A stretch of 63,680 bases of DNA, filler included, from Choristocarpus tenellus KU-1152 (lineage: Eukaryota; Protista; Phaeophyceae), in NCBI GenBank assembly GCA_964200185.2. It is 11 parts of 11 records of this genome, joined end to end, with 100 filler letters (N's around TTAATTAATTAA, not from the genome) between each part and the next. Parts side by side here need not be neighbours in the genome. Positions count along the whole stretch, not along the records: positions 47,358 to 54,448 come from CAXNAD020006719.1; positions 54,549 to 59,677 come from CAXNAD020011781.1; 9 more parts are not named here. The stretch is one strand, 5' to 3'. Shown in pieces: positions 49,461 through 59,777 of this stretch (positions are counted from its first letter, which is position 1; every line of letters begins with the position of its first letter). The position numbers and the translations under genes are program-made. The notes beneath the pieces were generated by a model. That model did no database searches. It was not told where the DNA came from and worked only from the letters and a program-made list of their open reading frames with translations.

Positions 49461-51207
49461 GGGAGGAGACTCAAAGTAATGTTTTAGGGCGAGGACTGAT
49501 AAGAGAAAGGCTCAAGTAGCACAAGTAGCACCCTTTACTTGGTACAGGAAAGCAAATATAGAACTGGTGTAGCCAGTGCAATTGGTTACAGTGGTTTTGA
49601 TTCACTTGGAGGAACTCCATGGCAGAGTCGCCATCCATCAAGGGTCTACAGAGCATGTGAGTCAGAAGGCCCCCCCACCTGCAGAAGGGCCCTGCCGGAG
49701 GCAAAATGATTCGGGGATATTTCTACTTTTTATTGTTATCTCCTCCACATTGAGGGACTGGTTTGAGGTAACAATAACGTGATCAAGCGCTAGGAAAAAC
49801 CAGTAAGAAAAAGATTCATACTACAGTGCTTTAGAACAACATATAGCTTAAAGTATCCCTTCTGCGTGCTGATACCACTGGTCAACACATTTGTACTCTC
49901 TCAATTTCGGACCCTGCTGCGAAAGTACATAACTGTGGAGAGAAAACCCAAAAACTTGAGGCTGCATCAAATGCCTTATGACATTCAGGCTATGTCCTTG
50001 CCTGAGGTCAGAGAGGGAGATATGAATGGTACGAATGCTGGGAGTACAACCTTTGTGGAGCTCTAGCTCAAATGAAGTAGTACGTTAGGCAATTTTCGGT
50101 GTCTATTTGAGACACAAATGTACTACAAAGTAAACAAACACTACAAGTAGCATAATACTAGCAAATTGGGGTGATAAAGGAGCCCACCTTATAACCCCCC
50201 CCATCTCAAACTAAATTCTGGATAGGTCAACATGCCAGATATCCACTCCCTCCCTGGCATTTTGATGGTAGGCATTGATGGTAGGCATTGATTATTTCAT
50301 TGGAATAGTGAACCCCCATTACATCTCAAAACAAGGACCTGTGCAAAAAAACAGGAGCATACCAGGGATATGAACCCAAGATGCACACAACGTAGGGACT
50401 AGGTGAAACAAACAATCACTGAAGTGAGGATTGTGCTACAACAGTGGTAACCTAATTTCTATGTTTTTATCTCATTGGCTGGAGAGAGAGTTGATTGCCT
50501 ACCAGGGAAAGAAATGCCTAAGGGGGTCAGTTCGACTCTGATGCAAATTTATACAAAGAGTGGAATGTTTATCTTGACATCCTCCATGGCATATTCCTAC
50601 CATAGCACGGATCTCCTACCACAGCATGGCTCAGGATATGGCACCATATTTTTTACTACAAAGGATATGGTATTCCGAGGCATTGGTTTTGCTCTCCACC
50701 ATTCTTTGAAGTGGGACATGCCTCCAGCATATACTACATTAATTTGTTTTGCTGGCCCGCTATTGCTACTCCAGTAGGCTTTGTTGCAATATAGGTGGGG
50801 AAGGCGTGTATGTTTAAGGCCTATTGTCAAGATCTTGAAACAAAAAGTGTGTAGTTGTTTGTAGGTGTCTGTACCTACATACTCTTTCAGGCATATTGAG
50901 CAACTCTCTATATATAGGTTGCATGAGATACATTTTGCATAGGAAAATCAGATTAGTAACTTTCTGTAGCAGCACATCACAAACTCACCAATATTGTGAA
51001 AGGGCAATGTATCCCTTCTTTTGGTGTAGTGATTATGAATTAAGCTCATGCAAATTGCCCCATTGTTGGAACACATGCCTCCCCATGGTAAGCACCCCTG
51101 ACCAAATATGTAGCAACCCCTTAAGAACTTCAAATAGGTGACGGAAGCAATACAGTTGACATCGGCGCAATGACTCTGTCCCATCCCATCACCAACTTCC
51201 CACCCAC

Positions 51208-53710
51208 CTGTATCCCTCTGCTGCCAGTCGATAGAACTCCATTGCCTTATGTATGTCCTTTGGCACGCCTACCCCTCCCTCATAGCACATTCCCATGTTG
51301 CGGCATCCCTGTGGGTCACCCTGACGTGAGCTCCGCACGAACCACTTGACTGCCTCGGTTGTATTCCTCACTAGTCCCCGGCCTTCAAGGTACATTACCC
51401 CAAGGTAGTTTTGAGCCCTTGGGTTGTTTGCTGCATCCGTTGGATCTGCTGCTAGACTGACAATTGAGTTGAAGCAGCAGCAGCACAAAAAAATTGTGGC
51501 AATTCCATGCTGTGAATGGTGGGTTTGTTGCAGGAGAAGATGTTTTGAAGAACGTGTTGATTTGTTATTTACCAATAACAGGCTCTTGTTGTCAGAAACA
51601 TATTCCACCTCAGGACTATTCTGTTTGAGTGAAAGTATCTTAGAGGGTATGAGTTTTTCCCTGTTTGTCCATTTTGGACTTGGCTTCCCATGGGTTTTAA
51701 ATGAAATTTTACCTACTCCAAAAAGTTTTGGAGTAGGTAAAATGTATACATTATGAAAAGGTGTGTCCGGAACAAGATATTGACACTTTACTTCCTAACA
51801 AACACGATAACCAAAATTACATCAAAATCACAACAATGGATTTTGGCCCTCAAATGGACGCGGCTCTACCCTCTGAGATACTTTGACTCTTTTCGATTTT
51901 GGATGGGAAGATAACTTATTGGTAGAGAGATCTTGCTGTCACCCTATACTATTGCACGCCTTGTACAGTCTGTAGATATTCTCACCACGATCAACTACAT
52001 TAACGACCCTACTCTACCTTGCCATGATGACGTCACTACTACTGTCACAATCTCAGACATCTTGGATCAACCAGCTGCTGTGGTGAGAACACTAACACCA
52101 ATGTTTGTTAGTAAAGGCATACATACTTAAGTCCGCCAAGTCACAATTCCTGCAACGTGGGGGTTGAAGTCCACTGTTGAATGAGTCATCCCATCTTAGA
52201 GGAGGATGAATGTCTAAGACCATTTGGGGCCCCTGTGACTGCCGTCTAGTAATCATGTCATCACCACCATTACTATTGTTGTTATTGTTGCTTGTGGTCC
52301 TAGCTCTCCTTGTGGGCAATTTTTCACTTATCTGGACAAAAATCAAGTGTCCTCTTCTTCAGTCACAATCCTTTATGATGGGTTAGCTGCATTTCAGGCA
52401 TGGGTTATGGTTTAGTGTTAGGGTCATACTGAGCACTTTGATGTATGAGTCTGCATTTGGAATCACTCCACCCCTTACTAATTGGCACAGTCATACTTCC
52501 AGTCGTTCCCCACCCCAAACAAATTTGTGGGTAGACAGACACACCATGCCTGTCTCCATTGCCAGGAAGGCCTTTTGCAGTATCATTGGCAGCTTCTAGC
52601 ACACCCCGAGCAACAAAAAATTATTGCACCCTCTGATGAAGAAACCAAGTTCAGGAGTAATTCTCCGCATGTGATGATTGTTGGCTCAGGCAACTATACA
52701 CATAGTATTACTGGTGTTGCAACCTACTTTGTAGTGTACCTTGAAGAATTTTGTATGTTTGAAGCATTGAAGCTCAACAATTGAGCGAATTAATTTTTCA
52801 GTATGGCTACTGATGCAGCACTTTTCCTTACAAGATAGGGACGTCCAGACATGCCTAGTGATCTTAGCTGGATTGACCGTGCACTACTACAACAAGCTTG
52901 TTTGTACCTCATTATCATACTACAATACAAAGATTACTATCACAATTTATAGTGGTGATTTACAAAGGGTCAAGAATGGACAATTATATTTTGCTGCAAA
53001 AGTAGCAGATTCTTACGGAACCTTGAATAAGTTGCCTCTGGCTCATGTAGCCTTCACTTATGGTAGATTTACTAAGAGAATAAGCCTCACAACACACACA
53101 CACTCGGATATCCCACTCACCGGTACCAGTTGCAAGCATCACCAAGGTAACCCATGGCCTCCTGCATGTTCCCCAAGTTTGTCATCGCCTCAGTGTGCCC
53201 TGTCCTTGATGCACCTTGAAGCAATCTCATTGCCTTCCGACGCTTCTCCATCACTTGTTCAAAGACAAGAAGAAGATCTGGTCCAAGCTGACACCTCCGG
53301 TCATCTACCCTAGTGTTTCCCGTCACCTCTGCTTGTAAGTCTATCCCTTCCTCTCCTTCATCATTAGTTCCTGCTTTTTCCTCTGCCCCCTCCCCCTCGC
53401 CACTCTCAGCTGTATCTATATCACCCATAGGGCAGCGGGGGTCTGCCTTTACCTCTGGGTTCTGCTCCTCCAACCAATCTGCCTCACTCAGGAGAATGAG
53501 AGCCAGGAAGTTCATGGCTGGAGCATATGACTTCTCTGCAGCAAGCTGAAGCCAATGCTGACACTTCTCCATGTCAGCCTCTACGAAACTTCCAACCCGA
53601 TACATCCATGCAAGCATATGCATAGCTTCTGGAAAGCCCCGCTCTGCTGCCCAGGAGTACGCCTTGAAGGCCTTCTTTAGGTCAGGTTTTTCCCCACGGC
53701 CAAAGAAGAA
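51208..53710 (-). CDS. Sel1-like repeat protein, internal exons 53710-53121 and 51456-51208
   Basis: FFGRGEKPDLKKAFKAYSWAAERGFPEAMHMLAWMYRVG, EAMTNLGNM..ACNWYR|LAAD, AQNYLGVMYLEGRG..EAVKWF and GMCYEGGVGVPKDIHKAMEFYRLAAEG. The phase-2 GT-AG join is consistent. Confidence 0.9.
51627..51889 (-). mobile_element. MITE family A in Sel1-gene intron, TSD TTT
   Basis: GAGTGAAAGTATCTTAGAGGGTA / TACCCTCTGAGATACTTTGACTC. Confidence 0.92.
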
Positions 53711-53831
53711 CTGTCAATATGGACAAAGGACACTGGGGGTGAGTAGAAGGTTGATGAAAGAGGACCTCTATGTGTGCATTGAATGATACAGGGAGCATAA
53801 CCACATTTGGTGTCATCAAGATGATCGAAAT

Positions 53832-54247
53832 GAGCCAAACCAAATGAGAGGTAGGCAGGTTTGGACCTTTTGCACCCTAAGTTATCATTCTCACCCTGTG
53901 CAATACACTCTATATAATAGTTTCATGTACATGAGATCCAAAGCATTTGAGAGGGTAGGGCTGCGTCCGTTCGGGGTCATAAATCCAATGTTGCGATTTT
54001 GACGTAATTTTGTCTGTTGTATTTGTTAGCAGATGTCAATATCATTACTCCAGACACACCTTTCACAGTTGTGTATATTTGACCTACTCCAAAACATTTC
54101 AGAGTAGGTAACTGTGTTTACAGACAACCAAAAAAGGGCATAAAAAACCCATGGGAAGCCAAGCTCCGAACGGATAAACAGGGGTAATCTCCTACCCTCT
54201 GAAATGCTTTAGATCTGAAAGTGTACGCATAATTAATATTCCTCCTT
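53832..54247 (-). mobile_element. MITE family B interrupted by two family-A insertions
   Basis: GAGCCAAACCAAATGAGAGGTAGGCAGG arm. B-like sequence resumes briefly at 54216-54247. Confidence 0.75.
53935..54215 (+). mobile_element. MITE family A variant nested in B, TSD TGA
   Basis: GATCCAAAGCATTTGAGAGGGTAG / CTACCCTCTGAAATGCTTTAGATC with TGA on both flanks. Confidence 0.9.
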
Positions 54248-54448
54248 GAGTGAAAGTATCTTAGAGGGTACGAGTTTTGCCCTGTTTGTCCGTTTGGGGC
54301 TTGACTTCCCACTGTTTTCTTAATGTCATTTTCCTATCCCGAAATGTTTCGGAGTAGGTATCATGTATATGTCCGGAGCAAGGATATTGACACTTCCTAA
54401 CAAACACAATAGCCATAATTACATCAAAATCTCATCACTGGATTTTGA
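54248..54448 (-). mobile_element. MITE family A, truncated by contig end
   Basis: GAGTGAAAGTATCTTAGAGGGTACGAG... colinear with 51627. Confidence 0.88.
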
Positions 54449-54548
54449 NNNNNNNNNNNNNNNNNNNNNNNNNNNNNNNNNNNNNNNNNNNNTTAATTAA
54501 TTAANNNNNNNNNNNNNNNNNNNNNNNNNNNNNNNNNNNNNNNNNNNN
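54449..54548. other. Artificial contig-joining spacer
   Basis: 44N-TTAATTAATTAA-44N. Confidence 0.97.
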
Positions 54549-57416
54549 CCGTAACTGTCCGATAGAGTTGGAAGAGTCTAATCGAACAGAGAGCGCCATC
54601 TGCTCAGTCCTTATAAGCCACGATCAGGTCCTCAACTACAGTACAAATCGGGCCTGGTAAAGAACAATTGTATAGTAGTCACGGGCAATCTGACAAGTTG
54701 AACGTATTTAAAGACACCAGCATATCCCTCACGGGAATTTACTGCTGGAGGAAGCACTGGCAACAAGAAGAAAATTAAAATCGCTTAAGGCCAGGTGCAC
54801 TTTGAAAGATGAGTCTTGGGTGGGAAAAATCATGCACCCCAGATTGGATCTTCCAAACTAAATGCTTCAAATATATGCAATAAACTCGGTCTTCTTGCTC
54901 GCCCCTATGATGATGTCAGCCGGGCTCGACTAGGCTGCGGGTTCCCATAATCTTCAGGCCCGCGCTTCCGTTTCTTCGCCCTCTCCCCTCCCAGCTTACT
55001 CCTTCCCCCTAGGATTTGTGATATACAAGACAGAATTATTAACGAGCGCTGGGATCACACACTGAGTCGACAGCAAGCCTTGAGGAGCAAATCCATTGAT
55101 GTCTCTGTGGTCAACTCTCGGATATATATTCTGATTGCTTCAATATTCGTTCCAGTGTATGGTCATATTGAACTTTGAGTTATTCTTGGACACTTGACTT
55201 GGGAAAGAGATTACGTTTTGATGTCATCCAATGAAGTGATACCGAGGCCTTTCACAAATATTGTGACCAGCCTCACTGGGGGTTATCTACAATGTGATTC
55301 CGTACTCTGTATCGAACGTGGAGGTTTTCTGAGGTCTGTTTTCTGGACAAGGAATCACCTGAAACTAGGATATCCTGGATACAACAATAAAAGTTGGATT
55401 CCCGCTCGATACACACACGACAACATTTTAGTGGCACAGGTTCAAGGCTGATCCTTACCGTTCTGTAGGCTCTGAGATCTTCACCTGTGCTACTGAATCC
55501 AGCATAGTGTGCAGATGGACCCAACAATATTTTCCCTTTAATTACGCTATTTTTCGGTATAATATATGCAAACCACCAACACATACAGAAGATGTGGTCC
55601 TTCGTTTCTACTCGCGGCGCATGTGTGAGCCGAATTTCATCCAAAGCATCAACAGGTATTAGTCAAAGTTCCTCATCCATCAAAACAGTCTTTACAGACT
55701 ATATCGGTACATATATTCGGAGACAAGAGAATTATCCCTGCGGTCAGTAAATCGTTCCACAAATGGTTCCACCAAGCTCTCCCGCCCACAGCATGACCTA
55801 GGATCGGAACAAAGTGAAGCAGGAGACTAATGCAGACATGTACTGCAAGTAATTAAAATTGCTTCCACTACAGAAGTCTTATTTCTTAGCACGATTGATA
55901 TATCTCGTACTTGTAGCAATCTATTATTGTGTTGTTAGAGGCTACCTTCACAGTGTTTAGTCCCACAAATCGATCCCAAAGGGAGATTCTGACATACTCT
56001 CGACATCTAGAGCTCTATTATGTAAATCCATGTAGACAAAAACACCCTTGGCATGATTCACCACCACCGCCTCAGTACAAGGCACATAAATGGTCAAACC
56101 ATTAAACATATTAGTTCCTCTCCACAGTATTGTACTGTCACAACAAGGAAATGTATTTTCATTCCTAGAGTAGAGGGTCGTCGCAAACTTCCTGGATTGG
56201 TCCGACGTTGCTAAGCACTTCTCCAAGACCTGGAAACTTGCTACACATGTCACTGTACTTCTTTTGAACTGCGATTTTAACCTGTACCAACATTAACTCA
56301 ATTCGTGTTTGCTCAACATGGTTCACTTGGAGCAGTCAAATGATCACACCATCACTCTTCCCCAATAATAATGATATCACGTTTATCACAAATACCTACA
56401 CTTTGATGTAGTTCAGAAAATATCTACACGCATTTGTAGAAAAAGGTGAGTTTTGCACATAGTTGTTGGTATCCTTTAAATGCATCTCTGGGTACTGCTC
56501 GTTTACAAAGACATGGTGTATTGACACCATGTCTTGAAATGATCCCCTTATGCATGACAAGTTCAAAAATAGAACCATAGAGACAAGAAGGCTTGACAAA
56601 TTCCAATGGACTATGATGAGATTGACACAATGAACAAAGGATATATTTTATGTACCCAAGAGTTCAGTGTATGTAGCTGACAGGGCGTGTGTACTTTAGC
56701 ATGCACTGGACTCGAAACTTGATGTTCCGCAAGGAGTGCACATCTTTAAGAATACGCCAACCAATGACCCTGTACTCCTCCTGGCGTGGGCAAGAACTAA
56801 AAGAACACATTTTGTATTTCATCAGTATTTCCTACACAATATCGTGTGTACAGTATCTCACACTCTCAAGAAACCGCAACAGGCACAATGGAAAAGCAAG
56901 TATGAAAGTAGTAGTCACCTGCTGGATCTCCACCCTTAGAGCTCGGTGTCCAGCATCCCACTCCGTGCCTGCTGTCTCCTCTGAGCAGAATACGATATAA
57001 ATTACAGAAACATGTAACCGAAAGCATTCGGGATGATAGTTTATATCTTAGCGGGATATTTATTGACCATTACTTCTGGGTTAAAGCCCACACGTTTGAG
57101 ACTTTCTCCGTATCGTGATGGAATTTTTTGGAAGCTATAGAAGTGCCTCTTTTTGTTATTCTTTATAGAAACAACAGCTGCTAAACCAAGTCTTACCATG
57201 TATGATATTATCACTCTTTTTCCTTTCAAACATGAGATCACATTCAGCAAAGGGGAATCGTTTGAGACTCCCATCTTTCTTCTCTTCTTCCACTCTCACA
57301 CAAATAGGAGAGTCAAAATCTGCATATCTCCCCCCTCCTCAGATGCAACTGACATTTTCCCACCTTCCCCCTCTTTCTCCTCTGTTGTTATGGTAGACTA
57401 CACTGACTTCTTCCTC

Positions 57417-57986
57417 CTAATCCTCATGTTCGTTACCTTCCTCACCGCTTCCAACTTCCTCACCCTCTTCTCTGCCCCTCTTCCCGTCACCGTTTTGATA
57501 CGGCTCCTTCGTCTCCTCCTCCCAAATGTCGCCACCCTCCATACCACTTCCAAAACAGGTTTCCTCCTCTTCTGCCCCCATTGCCGTCTCTCTCCTCTGG
57601 CTGCTCCGTCCTGCCACTTCCTGTCCCTCTTCCTCCTGTCGCCCCCAGGAATTCCCCTCTTTTTCCTCCTCTTCTTCAAACTCCCCCTCCCTTTCATCCC
57701 CCCCCTCCTCGCTGCCCGCTCCACGTCTATAGTTCTCCCCTTCATCTTCCTGCCCACTCCCCTCTTCCACCTCAACCCCCTCCCATCCCTCCTCTCCTTC
57801 CTCTTCTTCTACTTCATCCTCTTCATCTTCCTTTCCATCCCTCTCTTCCACATCAACGCCCTCCCATACCTCCTCTCCGCCCTCTCCTTCCTCTCCCTCC
57901 TCTCCCTCCTCTCCCTTTACTTCCTCCTCTTTCTCCTCTTCCTCCTCTTCCTCCACACCCTGCTCGGTTGGTTGCAGAGCTCGTGG
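57417..57986 (-). other. Glu/Gly-rich low-complexity tract; possible exon (PRALQPTEQGVEEEE...GNEHED*)
   Basis: Pyrimidine tract + tag| acceptor, then ~190 codons dominated by GAG/GAA/GGG. Coding status unproven. Confidence 0.4.
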
Positions 57987-58199
57987 CTAGCAGATAGTAA
58001 GGCGGCACACGACAGAGAGAGTTGTGATAGGGACATATAGAAGAGGGAAACAAGTGTGAGTTACATCCAGTTATAGAGATAGATCACCTCGACAAAGACA
58101 AACACACCACGTCTCAACACTGTTCTTTACGTTTCTCAAAATATTCAAAACGTTGGTATTCCTGGTGAGATTCAAAATTGAGTAGACGGGGTCAAGAAG

Positions 58200-58345
58200 T
58201 CGAGTTTCACCACTGCTTTGCTCGAGCTTTGAGAGACATCCTTTACCCATCAATTGGCTCATGAGCTGGATAGAGTCACAGGATCGAGTTTCACCATCAC
58301 TTTGCTCGAATCTTGAGACATCCTTTACTTATCTGTTGGCTCATG
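58200..58345. repeat. ~84-bp-period imperfect tandem duplication
   Basis: GAGTTTCACCA..CTTTGCTCGA..GAGACATCCTTTAC..TTGGCTCATG at 58202 and 58286. Confidence 0.8.
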
Positions 58346-59613
58346 TGTGTCTGATAACTAGAAGAACGTTCATTCACACATTTCAACGCTAGTCACAATG
58401 GTTCCCAGAGCCTAAGGAGAAGAAAGCTTTTACCTTGTAAGCGATCGACGGCCACCAACAGCTAGATCTTATCTCACGCCACCCCATAGGACCTGTTGCA
58501 TATATGATATTTTCAAGAAATTTTCCATTCCTGGATATTTTGGAAGGTGTGGGTTCAGATATGCGGCTTGTATGTGCATAAAATCAAATAGTAGGTCAGG
58601 GATGCAGTCTGCACTAGATATTTCAAGTTTGAAATTAGATCAGGTAGACGGGAAAATGATTCTTTAGAGGAACTCAGAAATTCTCAGCAAAATGCATCTT
58701 TTCGGTGGCAAGTTGAGTTGGTACTGGAGCCTCATCGAGCCTGACATAATTGTTCGGGCCAGAAGAAATGTTAATATTGCAATGGTGAAGATCAGAGATT
58801 GCTCATATACAATAGATGAACTCGGCAGGTAGCGCTTGGCCACAACCATTCTTCCAAGTATGTTGCTACTATCAAGAGACCTCAGAAAAGTAGGTAAAAG
58901 ATCCCATAGTCCTGTTTGCCTCAGCAGTCTTCTACAAGTAAAAGTCGAAGTTTTTTGCCTCACTTGTCCTCCTGGAAAAATCCCACCTGCAACTCTCAAA
59001 CGTCCTCACGGGCCCTCAACAGGGAATGTGGCAACAAAGTAGAGAACTCCCCATCAACACATTCCCTCCTCACCTGGGGGGAAACATTCATGAAGCAGGC
59101 CCCGAGGTTTTCTAGCTGGAGGAAGTTCCCCCATGTACAGCTCATAAAAAGTTACGGCCAGGCCGTAAAAGTCGGCTTCCTTCCCACAAAACCACTCTGT
59201 CCCTACCATTCTGTACTCCTCTGGCTAATTAGGAGAAAGAAAGATGAGCAGCAGTTTCGGCAGTCAGAGGCAAGCAATTACAAGGTCACCTATATACATT
59301 CCTCTTACATTTACTGGAAAGAGTAGTAATGGTGCGCAAGACTGCCCTTTGGAAAAATAATGTCAAGCACCAAAGCTATACCCAATGGCAGTTCTACCAA
59401 CAGGGTATGCAAGCTACAGGAAACGAAAGCATCTATGGTAGAGAAGCAAAAAAAATCTGAACGGTGGGTGTGCTCGTTGTGGTACATCATCAGTTGACAG
59501 CATATCAATTCATTTTGTAGGTGCTGTCATTCCTTTCTGTTGAACTGGTGAACAAAAAATTCAGGAATATTTTTCAATAGAAAATATGTCACTTACAAAA
59601 AATCGCTGCTTCA

Positions 59614-59677
59614 GGGTCAAAGTATCTGGGGGGGTTGTCGGCGTCCGTTTTTCACCCTTTTTTCGATTTTCAATTTT
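59614..59677 (+). mobile_element. Family-D TIR end at contig break
   Basis: GGGTCAAAGTATCTGGGGGGG..GCGTCC. Confidence 0.7.
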
Positions 59678-59777
59678 NNNNNNNNNNNNNNNNNNNNNNN
59701 NNNNNNNNNNNNNNNNNNNNNTTAATTAATTAANNNNNNNNNNNNNNNNNNNNNNNNNNNNNNNNNNNNNNNNNNNN
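59678..59777. other. Artificial contig-joining spacer
   Basis: 44N-TTAATTAATTAA-44N. Confidence 0.97.

Noticed and set aside
49170-52630. Extra Sel1-gene exons near 49399, 49690, 52330 and 52600
   Set aside because: 53121 splices in phase directly to 51456. The downstream candidates lack convincing Sel1 motifs.
57153-58040. 295-aa L/F-rich 'membrane protein' ORF on +
   Set aside because: Antisense shadow of the GAG/GAA-rich tract; pyrimidine-rich sequence lacks stops.
5039-59777. Recurrent TTAATTAATTAA palindrome (could be mistaken for piggyBac TTAA sites or a regulatory motif)
   Set aside because: Always centred in exactly 44+44 N. It is an artificial six-frame-stop linker, so ORFs running into X and cross-spacer gene neighbourhoods are artefacts.
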